Shown: positions 37,168 through 45,987, counted from the stretch's first letter. The stretch is 64,000 nucleotides of DNA from Actinomycetota bacterium (GCA_039715165.1 JBDLHX010000001.1:298-64297); one strand, 5' to 3'. Numbers and translations: made by a program. The notes: generated by a model from the sequence alone, not told the origin.

Positions 37168-38391
37168 TCAGAGGTCGACGGCGACGAAGTCCCCGGTTAC
37201 GCCCGCAACACGATGGTGTGCGCCGGTTCTCCAGTCGACGAAGACAAGCTCGCCGGATTCAGCGTCTTGCATCGCGAGGATGTCGCCGTCGGCGACGAAC
37301 CCAATCGGCGTTGTGACCGAGTCGATTCGCACCGTTCGGAGCGTGGAATCGGAGCGATCCCGAATCGTGACCGATGTTCCGGCCGTGTTCGTGAACGTGG
37401 TGAGAGCGAGGCGGTACCCATCGGGTGAGATCGTGACGTTGAGCGATGGGGCGTCGGCTCCCGGCAGGCCCCAGATCGGTCGGAAAAGACGGTCGACGAT
37501 TCCCAATCCGGATTCGGGCTCTACGACATCGGGAGCGAGCGCAGCGAGTTCCACGCTCTTCGCGATTCCGGCAGAGAACGCATCGACGAGGATCGCATCG
37601 CCTCCTGCTGCGTAGGCGACCCCCGACATGGCTCGCTCGGGTGTTCCTTCCGGATCGAGGACGAGGATTGCAGCCGGGCGCTCCAGAGCGATCGCATAAC
37701 CCCAGTCACCCCATGTGAGCAGCCGACTGCCGGCCGGGAGCTCCGCAACGAGTTCCGACTCGACGATTCCGAGGAGCCCCGGCGTGACGTCGATGAGGTA
37801 GAGGCCGGTTCGCCCCAGATCGACGGGCGAAGCCGTGTACGCGAGCACCGCGGGTGTCGACGGATGGAAACGTGCCGAAGAGACCATCTCTTCTACCTGA
37901 GGTGCGGCATCGCCGGGCATCGGCCCGGCGTAGAGCGTCGACCTGGCGTCGAGGAATGCGACCGAGTTACCGGTGGCATCGAACGATGCCCATCGCGGCT
38001 CGACCTGGAGCCGGTACGACCGGGGGAAGCGGTCCGAAGGGGGCCACAGGACCGTTCGCGGGTCGGCGGATCGGGAGATTGCCGCGAGCCGGTCGGTTTC
38101 GAAGGGGAGGACATCTCGGAGACGGGGAGGCAGCGTCGTCGTGGGGGCGACGAGATCGGCCGCATCTGCACCAACCATGCCTTGGTCGGGAATGGTTGGC
38201 GTTGTCTCGTCGGTTCCGCCTGCCCCGAAGACGACGAGTACGAGCAGCAGAACAACCGAGCCGGCCGCCGGTGCAAGCCAGGCGCTGGGGCGCAGACGTG
38301 CGGGCGCGCTCGACTCAATCTCGTCGACCGGCGACAACGGCCGGACGTTGGACGGTTCCTCCCGGCGGCGCACCCTTTGATAGTAGGCCAT
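37168..38391 (-). CDS. hypothetical signal-anchored extracytoplasmic protein (beta-rich, possibly beta-propeller-like)
   Basis: ATG at 38391 (MAYYQRV...), TM WLAPAAGSVVLLLVLVVFGAG, ~350-aa beta-strand-rich ectodomain. The ORF-track N-terminal 137 aa overlap the SDR gene region and are discarded. Confidence 0.5.
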   Translation of the reverse strand: MAYYQRVRRREEPSNVRPLSPVDEIESSAPARLRPSAWLAPAAGSVVLLLVLVVFGAGGTDETTPTIPDQGMVGADAADLVAPTTTLPPRLRDVLPFETDRLAAISRSADPRTVLWPPSDRFPRSYRLQVEPRWASFDATGNSVAFLDARSTLYAGPMPGDAAPQVEEMVSSARFHPSTPAVLAYTASPVDLGRTGLYLIDVTPGLLGIVESELVAELPAGSRLLTWGDWGYAIALERPAAILVLDPEGTPERAMSGVAYAAGGDAILVDAFSAGIAKSVELAALAPDVVEPESGLGIVDRLFRPIWGLPGADAPSLNVTISPDGYRLALTTFTNTAGTSVTIRDRSDSTLRTVRIDSVTTPIGFVADGDILAMQDAESGELVFVDWRTGAHHRVAGVTGDFVAVDL

Positions 38392-38470
38392 GACATCCGG
38401 GAACCGGGCTGAGTCGTCTGGAGCCGGGTCGCTATCGTGAGCTGTAGGCAATCGGCAAGGAGAAGCCAGG

Positions 38471-39376
38471 ATGATCGACTTCCAGGATCGTGTCGCCGTC
38501 GTGACGGGGGCCGGGGGCGGCCTCGGCCGGGAGTATGCGCTTCTTCTCGCCGGACGAGGCGCGGCCGTCGTCGTCAACGATCTCGGCGGGTCGGTGCACG
38601 GCGAGGGCGCGGACGCCACCGCCGCAGATGCGGTGGTCGAGGAGATCCACAGCAACGGCGGGAGGGCCGTTGCAGAGCACAGCTCCGTTGCGGACCCGGA
38701 GGGGGGAGCCGCGATCATCGAGCGGGCCGTCGACACGTTTGGTCGAATCGACATCGTGATCTCGAACGCGGGGATCCTCCGCGACCGAACGCTGGCGAAC
38801 ATGGAGGTCGGCGATCTGCGGTCGGTGCTCGCCGTGCATCTCGAAGGTGCGTTCTATGTCACGATGCCGGCATTCCGGCTCATGAAGGAGCAGCAGTACG
38901 GCCGTATCGTCTACGCCTCTTCTGGCGCCGGGGTCTTCGGCAACTTCGGCCAGACAAACTATGCCGCGGCCAAGTCCGGTCTCGTTGGGCTCATGAACGC
39001 CCTCAAGCTCGAAGGGACGAAGCACAACGTTTTGGTCAACGCGGTCGCGCCGATCGCCCATACGAGGATGTCGGAGGAGATACTCGGCGAGATGGCCGAG
39101 AAGTTCGACCCGGCTTCGGTCGCTCCGGTCGTTGCGTACCTCTCGTCTGAGGAGAACACGCACACCGGTGAGCTGTGGTCGGTCGGTGGCGGGTCGGTGA
39201 GCCGGATCTTCACGGGTCTGTGTGAGGGGTACTTCAAGCACCCCGACCACGAGGGCCCGCTCACCATCGAGGACGTCGCCGACCACGTGGGAGACGTTCG
39301 GATCGAGGACGGCTACATCGTTCCGTTCTCGGCTCGCGACGAATTGGCGAAGCTCGGGCCCATGCTCTTCGACTAG
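38471..39376 (+). CDS. SDR family NAD(P)-dependent oxidoreductase (MFE-2/3-hydroxyacyl-CoA dehydrogenase-like)
   Basis: VTGAGGGLGREYA glycine-rich cofactor motif, NAGILRD, Y..xK catalytic region (YAAAKSGLVGL). Confidence 0.85.
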   Translation: MIDFQDRVAVVTGAGGGLGREYALLLAGRGAAVVVNDLGGSVHGEGADATAADAVVEEIHSNGGRAVAEHSSVADPEGGAAIIERAVDTFGRIDIVISNAGILRDRTLANMEVGDLRSVLAVHLEGAFYVTMPAFRLMKEQQYGRIVYASSGAGVFGNFGQTNYAAAKSGLVGLMNALKLEGTKHNVLVNAVAPIAHTRMSEEILGEMAEKFDPASVAPVVAYLSSEENTHTGELWSVGGGSVSRIFTGLCEGYFKHPDHEGPLTIEDVADHVGDVRIEDGYIVPFSARDELAKLGPMLFD

Positions 39377-40356
39377 GACGGGAACCAGATCACTCTGTCG
39401 GCGTCGATGTCGAAGCGGACGTCGGTCCCCGGTTCGATGCTGGCCCGGGACCACGTCACAAGCGCCGCGTCGGCGCCGAGATCGAGTTCGATGCGGTAGG
39501 CGCCGCCCCGGAAGTGTGAACTGATCACCGTCGCAGATCCGGCCCCATGCGGTGACAGGACGATCGCCTCCGACGGCACGACGGCAGCATCGGTCGCGCC
39601 GGGCGGAGGATGGAGGCGAAGGCCTTCGAGAGCAGCGACGGCACACAGATTCTCGAGGCCGATGAACCGCGCAACCCACGCGTCGGGTGGCTGACGCCAG
39701 AGACCCTCTGGTACGTCGTCGGCGACGACACGCCCGTCGCGTATGACGGCGATGCGGTCGGCGATGGCGAATGCCTCGTCGCGGTCGTGCGTCACGTAGA
39801 GCACGGTGGCTTCGACCTTTGAGAAGATCTCGCGCATTTCGACGAGGAGGCGTTCGCGCAGCGACCGATCGAGGGCGCCGATCGGCTCGTCGAGGAGGAC
39901 GAGGCGAGGGCGCGGGGCAAGCGTGCGGGCGAGCGCAACCCGCTGCTGCTCCCCACCGGAGAGCGTGCCGACGGCTCGATCCCCGTAGCCGGGGAGCCCG
40001 ACGAGATCGAGGAGCTCGGTGACACGGCTGCGCGTTGCCGCTGCATCGAGGTCCTGCATGCGGAGGCCGAATGCGATGTTGCCTGCGACCGACCGATGGG
40101 GGAAGAGCGCATAGTCCTGGAACATGAGGCCGAAGCCGCGTTCGTGGACCGGCACGTTGACGACCGATCGGCCGTCCCACGTGACATCGCCGGAGTCGGG
40201 GCGTTCGAGGCCGGCGATCACGCGCAACATCGTGGACTTGCCGGACCCGGACGGGCCCATGAGCGCGTGTACGGCTCGGTCTTCGATCGTGAGGTCGGCG
40301 CCGTCGAGTGCCGTGGTGCCATCGAAATGGACGGTGAGGTCCGCGACCCGGAGCAT
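39373..40356 (-). CDS. ABC transporter ATP-binding protein (thiamine/iron(III)-type importer ATPase)
   Basis: Walker A GPSGSGKST, signature LSGGEQQRVALAR, Walker B LVLLDEP, C-terminal TOBE-like domain. ATG at 40356 (MLRVADL...) overlaps the permease stop (TAATG). Confidence 0.85.
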   Translation of the reverse strand: MLRVADLTVHFDGTTALDGADLTIEDRAVHALMGPSGSGKSTMLRVIAGLERPDSGDVTWDGRSVVNVPVHERGFGLMFQDYALFPHRSVAGNIAFGLRMQDLDAAATRSRVTELLDLVGLPGYGDRAVGTLSGGEQQRVALARTLAPRPRLVLLDEPIGALDRSLRERLLVEMREIFSKVEATVLYVTHDRDEAFAIADRIAVIRDGRVVADDVPEGLWRQPPDAWVARFIGLENLCAVAALEGLRLHPPPGATDAAVVPSEAIVLSPHGAGSATVISSHFRGGAYRIELDLGADAALVTWSRASIEPGTDVRFDIDADRVIWFPS

Positions 40357-41996
40357 TACACGCCCCCTGACCGTGTGCCGCGCAGCGATTCGATCACGAG
40401 GGCGGCGAGCGCGGTGATCGTCATGAGCACGACGGCCATCGCCATCGCCTCGCCGAACGTCCCCGGCCTTCCGAGGAGGCGGAAGATCGCCACCGGCATC
40501 GTCGTTGTGTCCGGTCGAACGATGAACGACGTTGCGCCGAACTCTCCGATCGAGATCGCGAACGAGAACACCGCACCGACGAGGAGTGCCCGGGCAATGA
40601 GCGGGAAGTCCACTTCGCGCCATGCGCGTAGCGGCGACGCCCCCAGCACGGACGCGGCCTCTCGGAGACGGTGCTGGACCGATTCCATCACGGGGATCGT
40701 GCTGCGGACGACGAACGGGATTGCGACGAGCGCGTGGGCGATCGGGATGAGTAGCAGCGAGGCGCGGAGATCGACCGGTTCGTCGAGGGCGACGAGGAAG
40801 CCGAAGCCGATCGTCACGGCCGATGTGCCGAGTGGAAGCATGAGCACGGTGTCGAAGAGCCGTGCGGTCCGGCCGCGCGCCGACACGACGACGGTGGCGG
40901 CCATGAGCCCTACGCCGGCCGCGATGACGACGGCGGGGATCGCGTACGAGAGGCTGTTCCCGATCGCCTCGGCCGGGGTGACGAAGAGCGCCGAAGCCTT
41001 CGGTGGATCGACGAGATTCACATAGTGGGCGAAACCGAACCCGCTCGGGGTCGAGAGGGATCGGGCGATGAGTACGACGATTGGGGCGGCGACGATGAAT
41101 GCCAACCCTGCGAGCACCATCGCGATCACGGCGCGTTCACCTGTCGTCGTCGGGGGTCGCGCGATCTCGGATGCCGGGCGGAGAGGAAGCTCGGTCGTCT
41201 GCCGGTTCCTGATCCGCGAGTACGCGGCGAGGATCGTCGTGACTCCGATGAGTTGGAGCACGGCGAGCGCCGCTGCAAGGTCGAGGCGGAAGAACGCGGT
41301 CGCCTGACGCCAGATCTCGACCTCGAGCGTTGTGTGCTGGAGATCGCCCAGGACGAGGATCACACCGAACGAGGTAAATGTGAACAAGAAGACGAGAGCG
41401 GCGCTCGACAGGATCGCCGGACGCAGGAGAGGGAGGGTGACCTCGCGAAACGCCCGCCAACGGCTTGCGCCGAGCGATCGTGCTGCATCCTCGAGACGCG
41501 GATCGATCTGCTCCCAGAACGCGCCCACGCCCCGGATCACGATGGCGATGTTGTAGAAGACGTGGGCGAGGAGGATCGCCCAGATCGTCCCTCGCAGGTC
41601 GACGCCGATCGGGCTTCCCGGGCCGAGCAGCGCGAGGAACGCGACACCGACGGCGATTGTTGGGAGCACGAACGGAACGAGCGTCAACGACCGCAGGAGT
41701 GCGCGTCCCGGGAACCGGAAGCGTGCGAAGACGTACGCTGCCGGCAATCCGAATAGGAGTGTGAGGGCGGTGGAGACGAGCGCCTGCCACAGGGTGAACC
41801 ATGCGATCGAGCGCATCGCCGGATCGGTGACAAGCTGCGTGAACGCCGACGTGGCAATCCGTCCGTCGGTGACGAGGCCCGTGGCGAGGATCGTGGCGAG
41901 CGGATAGACGAAGAAGTACCCGAGGAACGCGACCGGCACGACTGCGACGAGGGCGACCCAGAATCGTCGTCCATTGCGCGTGCCGCGAGGTCTCAT
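40356..41996 (-). CDS. ABC transporter permease, duplicated (two EAA domains), ThiP/FbpB-like
   Basis: Two tandem 6-TM permease halves each with an EAA-like loop (EDAARSLGASRWRAFREVTLP; REAASVLGASPLRAWREVDFP). ATG at 41996 (MRPRGTRNGRRFW...). Confidence 0.85.
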   Translation of the reverse strand: MRPRGTRNGRRFWVALVAVVPVAFLGYFFVYPLATILATGLVTDGRIATSAFTQLVTDPAMRSIAWFTLWQALVSTALTLLFGLPAAYVFARFRFPGRALLRSLTLVPFVLPTIAVGVAFLALLGPGSPIGVDLRGTIWAILLAHVFYNIAIVIRGVGAFWEQIDPRLEDAARSLGASRWRAFREVTLPLLRPAILSSAALVFLFTFTSFGVILVLGDLQHTTLEVEIWRQATAFFRLDLAAALAVLQLIGVTTILAAYSRIRNRQTTELPLRPASEIARPPTTTGERAVIAMVLAGLAFIVAAPIVVLIARSLSTPSGFGFAHYVNLVDPPKASALFVTPAEAIGNSLSYAIPAVVIAAGVGLMAATVVVSARGRTARLFDTVLMLPLGTSAVTIGFGFLVALDEPVDLRASLLLIPIAHALVAIPFVVRSTIPVMESVQHRLREAASVLGASPLRAWREVDFPLIARALLVGAVFSFAISIGEFGATSFIVRPDTTTMPVAIFRLLGRPGTFGEAMAMAVVLMTITALAALVIESLRGTRSGGV

Positions 41997-43030
41997 CGCA
42001 CCGCTGAGGCCCACTCGGAGAGCCACCGCTCGCGGTTCTCGTCGATGCGGGCCGGGTCCATCACGATGGGCGCTGCGGGAATCACGGCATGGTCGACGAA
42101 CACCGGTGGGAGCTCCGCCTCGGAGTTCGCGGGGAAGACGAACATGTTGAGCGGCAGGTCCTCCTGGAACGTCTCGCCGAGGAGGAAGTCGACGAGCCTT
42201 CCGGCGCTCTCTTCCGCCTCCGTGCCGCTCAGAACGCCCGCGTACTCGATCTGGCGGAAGCATCCGGACTCCGGGACGCCCGTCGGCGCCTCGTCGAGGT
42301 CACCGAAGTACACCTCGGCGACGGGGGAAGACGCATACGAGACGACGATCGGGCGGTCTCCTTCTCCCGATCCGCCGGAGAACTCCCCGTAATAAGCCTG
42401 GTCCCATCCGGGGACGATGCGGACGTCGTTTGCGACGAGGTCACGCCAGAACGCCTGCCAGGGATAATCGCCGCTCTCGCCGAACGTCTCGATCGTAGCG
42501 AGGAGGAACGAGAGGCCCGGTGACGATGTCGTGGGGTCTTCGACGACGAGCAGCCCCCGAAATGCCGGCCCGACGAGGTCGCGGAGGTCGGTCGGCGGCT
42601 CGAGCCCGAGCTGCTCGAGGCCAGCGAGGTCGGTGTTGAGGCAGACGTCACCGAAGTCGATCGGCGTGACTCGGTCGTCGGGATCGCGGAGGCTTGCCGG
42701 AACCTTGTCGATCCCCTCGGCGCGATGGGCAACGAAGATCCCTTCGTTGAGAGCCCGCGACAGGAAGGTGTTGTCGATCCCGTAGAGGACGTCGGCAACC
42801 GGGTTGTCCTTCACAAGGATCGCCTGGTTGACCATCGTCCCGGCGTCGGCCGACCGGATCACTTCGACCGTGACACCGGTCTCCTCTGTGAACTGCTCGA
42901 GCACGCCATCCGAGACGGCGAACGACTCGTGGGTCATGAGCACGATCTTGTCCGGTGTGGTCTCCTGAGAGCTGCACGCCGAGAGGAGAAGGGTGAGCGT
43001 CGCGAGAAGAACGATGAATGAGCGCCTCAT
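41993..43030 (-). CDS. ABC transporter substrate-binding lipoprotein, thiamine/iron-binding (TbpA/FbpA) family
   Basis: ATG at 43030; signal peptide with lipobox LLLSAC. Family resemblance plus the TPP-riboswitch context suggests thiamine binding. Confidence 0.8.
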   Translation of the reverse strand: MRRSFIVLLATLTLLLSACSSQETTPDKIVLMTHESFAVSDGVLEQFTEETGVTVEVIRSADAGTMVNQAILVKDNPVADVLYGIDNTFLSRALNEGIFVAHRAEGIDKVPASLRDPDDRVTPIDFGDVCLNTDLAGLEQLGLEPPTDLRDLVGPAFRGLLVVEDPTTSSPGLSFLLATIETFGESGDYPWQAFWRDLVANDVRIVPGWDQAYYGEFSGGSGEGDRPIVVSYASSPVAEVYFGDLDEAPTGVPESGCFRQIEYAGVLSGTEAEESAGRLVDFLLGETFQEDLPLNMFVFPANSEAELPPVFVDHAVIPAAPIVMDPARIDENRERWLSEWASAVR

Positions 43031-43686
43031 GGCGAGGTCCTTTCGTGAACGATGAGCAGCCTGCCCTGCTCGATGGAGACGGAGATGGGAGACGAATCGC
43101 AGACGTTGCTCACGCCGCGGGTCGAGCCGGCCGGGAGCGTTTCGTGATCGAGGCTCCACCGGAGTCCCTCGGTCGAGGTGACCGCGACGTCGGTACCGGC
43201 CGGGATGAGCGAGACGGTGTCTCCGGGGCGGGCATCGAAGACCGCCGTCCTCCCCGGCACGCAGACGGTGATCCGGGTCGACCCGTCGATCCAGATGAGG
43301 TCGTCGACCCGATCGGCGATCGCGACAAGGAGGCCCATCGCGCCGAGGAAGTGATCGAGGCGGCCGGTGTGGGCGCCCACAATCGTGATGCTCGTTGCTC
43401 CCCAACGCAGGGCGACATCGACGGCGAGTTCGAGATCGGTGCGGTCCTTGTCGGGTGGGAAGACTTCAGTCCGTGAGCCTTGCTTGACGGCGGCGGTGAG
43501 AAGTTCGGCGTCCACTGAGTCCATGTCGCCGATGACGAGGTCGACGGTGAGGTCGAGGTCGTCGGCGTGATGGAGTCCGCTGTCTGCCGCGATCACGGGT
43601 GCGCCGAGGGGGAGTGAGATGTCCCGGGTCGACGCGAGCGGTTCGCCGCCCGACAGGATGATCACTTGGTTCGTGGGGTCTTCCAC
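43027..43686 (-). CDS. thiamine pyrophosphokinase
   Basis: GTG start. TPK catalytic domain (IIAADSGLHHADDLDLTVDLVIGDMDS) and C-terminal thiamine-binding domain; first gene after the TPP riboswitch. Confidence 0.8.
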   Translation of the reverse strand: MEDPTNQVIILSGGEPLASTRDISLPLGAPVIAADSGLHHADDLDLTVDLVIGDMDSVDAELLTAAVKQGSRTEVFPPDKDRTDLELAVDVALRWGATSITIVGAHTGRLDHFLGAMGLLVAIADRVDDLIWIDGSTRITVCVPGRTAVFDARPGDTVSLIPAGTDVAVTSTEGLRWSLDHETLPAGSTRGVSNVCDSSPISVSIEQGRLLIVHERTSP

Positions 43687-43689
43687 GCG

Positions 43690-43800
43690 CTCCCTCCGCT
43701 GGCATGATCCAGATCAGGTTCCGCGGGTCGGAGGCGTTCACAGCATTGCTGCACCGGCCGCCCTCTCAGTTCGGCGTTCCCGAACTCCCCGGAGTGGTCG
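43690..43800 (-). ncRNA. TPP (THI-box) riboswitch
   Basis: Minus-strand transcript reads ...CCGGGGAGUUCGGGAACGCCGAACUGAGAGGGCGG...GACCCGCGGAACCUGAUCUGGAUCAUGCCAGCGGAGGGAGCGCGUG. It carries the invariant CUGAGA and ACCUGAUCUGGAU.AUGCCAGCG.AGGGA blocks of the TPP aptamer. The 3' end overlaps the SD GGAGGGAG of the TPK GTG. Confidence 0.85.
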
Positions 43801-43859
43801 ATCACATTGTAGTCGTGCCCCGGGGGATCGAGAACGAGGGTGGTGCGATGACAAACCGC

Positions 43860-43897
43860 TTGACAACGAGACAGTATTGCGACATCATAATGATGTC
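43860..43897 (+). promoter_or_regulatory. sigma-70-like promoter (TTGACA ... CATAAT) overlapping a perfect palindrome GACATCATAATGATGTC
   Basis: TTGACA at 43860-43865; CATAAT at 43886-43891 (20-nt spacing; TCATAA at 19). The 8-1-8 palindrome 43881-43897 covers the -10, a classic operator arrangement. Locally AT-rich DNA in a high-GC genome. Confidence 0.4.
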
Positions 43898-43928
43898 ATA
43901 ACGACGAGAAGGGGCGAAAGGAGCACGA

Positions 43929-44048
43929 ATGTTGTGGTACAACAGCCCGGAAGCCGTCCGAGTCATCAGTTTGTCGTGGTGCGGACGGGATGAAGAGGCC
44001 AAGCGGCGGTCGATGCTGCGACTCGTCGACGGGCGCCGCGAGCGTTAG
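43929..44048 (+). CDS. candidate small protein (39 aa) upstream of the RHH gene
   Basis: ATG preceded by GAAAGGAG at 5-nt spacing. Sequence MLWYNSPEAVRVISLSWCGRDEEAKRRSMLRLVDGRRER; ends 10 nt before the next gene's ATG. Below the ORF-track size cutoff; found by reading the spacer. Confidence 0.3.
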   Translation: MLWYNSPEAVRVISLSWCGRDEEAKRRSMLRLVDGRRER

Positions 44049-44057
44049 GAGAAGGAC

Positions 44058-44501
44058 ATGGACACAAGCGTGCTGACCGCGGAGATCGAAGATGCCCTGA
44101 GGGCACAGCTCGGGCTCAGTGGGGATGATCCGGCCATCGCCGCGGCCGGAGATGCCCTCCTCGTCTCTCTGGCACCGGCGGTCGAACGGGCGGTGATGCG
44201 ACTTGCTGAGGAGACGGCCGGGGAGGTCGGAGCCCAACTTCCCGGCAAATCCGTTGGGGTAGAGCTGCGAGAGGGCGTGCCCATGCTCATCGTGCGCGAG
44301 GCCTCCGGTCCGGTCACCGTCGACACGGATGACCTCGAGGCGCGGATCACACTGCGGCTGTCCGAGAACCTCAAAGGATTGCTCGAGGACGCGGCCGGGG
44401 AATCCGGGGACTCCGTCAACGCGTACGTCGTCAAGACGCTGACGACGAAGGCGCGAGAACGAGGCAAGGGCCGGCGCTACAGCGGGACGATCGAAACATG
44501 A
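44058..44501 (+). CDS. hypothetical protein with C-terminal ribbon-helix-helix (CopG/Arc/HicB-antitoxin-like) domain
   Basis: AGGAGAAGG RBS. C-terminus ARITLRLSENLKGLLEDAAGESGDSVNAYVVKTLT fits the RHH beta-strand plus two-helix pattern. The N-terminal ~100 aa have no clear family. Confidence 0.5.
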   Translation: MDTSVLTAEIEDALRAQLGLSGDDPAIAAAGDALLVSLAPAVERAVMRLAEETAGEVGAQLPGKSVGVELREGVPMLIVREASGPVTVDTDDLEARITLRLSENLKGLLEDAAGESGDSVNAYVVKTLTTKARERGKGRRYSGTIET

Positions 44502-45262
44502 GCCGGATCGATCAGAGTTTCGTGGTCGGTGAGCAGTGCGAGGTTCTCGTCTCTCTCGCGTCTGCCGATGTCTCTGTCGTCGAGGGGCCCGCCGGTTCTA
44601 TCGAGGTAGCGGCCGAAGGGCACGAACGGGCCCTCGAGTTGATCGACATGCACCAAGACGGCGATGTTGTGACGGTTCGTTCTCACAAGGGCGACAAGTG
44701 GTGGAGCTTGAGGAGGGCAAGCGTTCGAATCACGGCTCCCGCCGGCGTCGCATTCACGGGAAGAACCGCCTCCGGGGACATCCGTATCTCGGTGCCGGCC
44801 TCCGATGTGGAGATCGACAGCGCGTCGGGCGACGTGCGGCTGTCTTCGTTCGACGGGCGATGCCGGATCAAGACGGCGAGCGGCGATGTGACGATCGGAG
44901 ACTCGTCGGGCGGGTTGCGTTTCGCGTCCGCGTCCGGTGACCTACGACTTGAGAGCCTCGAAGGCGATATGACGGCGACTACCGCATCGGGTGACGTCGC
45001 GATCGGCGAGGCGCGTGGATCGATTGCGGTTCGGACGGCGAGCGGAGACGTCAACATCCGCCGATTCGAGGGTGTGCGTCTCGAAGCCTCGTCGATGTCT
45101 GGTGATTTCCGGATCTGGCTTGCTCCCGGCATGACGATCGAGGCAGACATCCAAACGCTCTCCGGCACCTTCCGAAACCGTGTCACACCTTCGTCTGTAG
45201 AACGGACGATCAGCGCGGAGCTCCGGCTGAAGACGCTGTCGGGAGACATCTCACTGCATTGA
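44498..45262 (+). CDS. DUF4097 (beta-helical putative adhesin / LiaG-YvlB-like) protein
   Basis: ATG overlaps the upstream stop (ATGA). About nine repeats of the (T/S)ASGD(V/I)x(I/L) unit every ~18-20 aa. Confidence 0.75.
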   Translation: MSRIDQSFVVGEQCEVLVSLASADVSVVEGPAGSIEVAAEGHERALELIDMHQDGDVVTVRSHKGDKWWSLRRASVRITAPAGVAFTGRTASGDIRISVPASDVEIDSASGDVRLSSFDGRCRIKTASGDVTIGDSSGGLRFASASGDLRLESLEGDMTATTASGDVAIGEARGSIAVRTASGDVNIRRFEGVRLEASSMSGDFRIWLAPGMTIEADIQTLSGTFRNRVTPSSVERTISAELRLKTLSGDISLH

Positions 45263-45297
45263 GCGACGGGGTCGGCGTCTGCCTAGGATCAGGACCG

Positions 45298-45987
45298 ATG
45301 TCGTTCGATCTCGAAAAACACTTCGGGCACGCCGCCGCTTGGCCCCACGGCGAAGACGAGAAGCCGCTCGTCATCGGGATCGCTGGAGGCTCAGGTTCGG
45401 GGAAGACGACGATTGCACAGAGCGTCGTCGACATTGTTGGTCCGAACGTGGTTGCTCGACTCCCGTACGACGCCTACTACCGGCAGCAGGACCACCTCAC
45501 GTACGAAGATCGGACGAAGATCAACTACGACCATCCAGATTCGCTCGAAAGCGAACTGCTGGTCGAGCACATTCAGGCGCTCCGCTCTGGACGGTCGGTG
45601 GATCGGCCGGTCTACGACTTCGGAACGCACACTCGCGCCCCCGAGACGGTGCGCGTCGAGCCGGAGTCGGTCGTGCTCGTCGAGGGGATCCTCATCCTCG
45701 CCGAGACCAAGGTTCGGAAGCTCATGGACTTGCGCGTCTACATCGACACAGATGCCGACCTTCGACTCATGAGACGGCTGCAGAGAGACATCGTCGAACG
45801 TGGGCGAACCGTGGACTCGGTGCTCGAGCAGTACGAGGCGACGGTGCGTCCCATGCACCTCCAGTTCGTCGAACCGTCGAAGCGGTACGCCGACATCATT
45901 GTCCCCGAGGGCTACAACCCGGGCGCAATCGGCACCGTCACGTCGATGATTCGTCACTTCCTCGCGGAGCGAAGCGGCCGCGACTGA
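45298..45987 (+). CDS. udk: uridine kinase
   Basis: P-loop IGIAGGSGSGKTT, PRK-fold motifs (DAYYR...YDFGTHTR...VLVEGILIL...YIDTDADLRLMRR). ATG 45298 preferred; a TTG at 45259 overlapping the DUF4097 stop is an alternative. Confidence 0.85.
   Translation: MSFDLEKHFGHAAAWPHGEDEKPLVIGIAGGSGSGKTTIAQSVVDIVGPNVVARLPYDAYYRQQDHLTYEDRTKINYDHPDSLESELLVEHIQALRSGRSVDRPVYDFGTHTRAPETVRVEPESVVLVEGILILAETKVRKLMDLRVYIDTDADLRLMRRLQRDIVERGRTVDSVLEQYEATVRPMHLQFVEPSKRYADIIVPEGYNPGAIGTVTSMIRHFLAERSGRD

Noticed and set aside
37168-38802. N-terminal extensions of ORF-track calls: 37168-38802 first 137 aa, 39373-40623 first 89 aa, 40356-42263 first 89 aa, 41993-43405 first 125 aa, 30009-30878 first 44 aa, 56124-57470 first ~95 aa, 57702-58433 first 35 aa, 2059-2388, 24373-24456
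   Set aside because: Upstream portions overlap neighbouring genes and are Arg-rich low complexity. Internal ATG/GTG/TTG starts coincide with conserved protein N-termini, signal peptides or RBS motifs. The genes were trimmed accordingly
45938-45987. 50-nt convergent overlap of udk and the SGNH hydrolase gene as an annotation error
   Set aside because: Both 3' ends are supported by conserved C-terminal sequence. No alternative earlier stop exists in either frame. Kept as a genuine overlap
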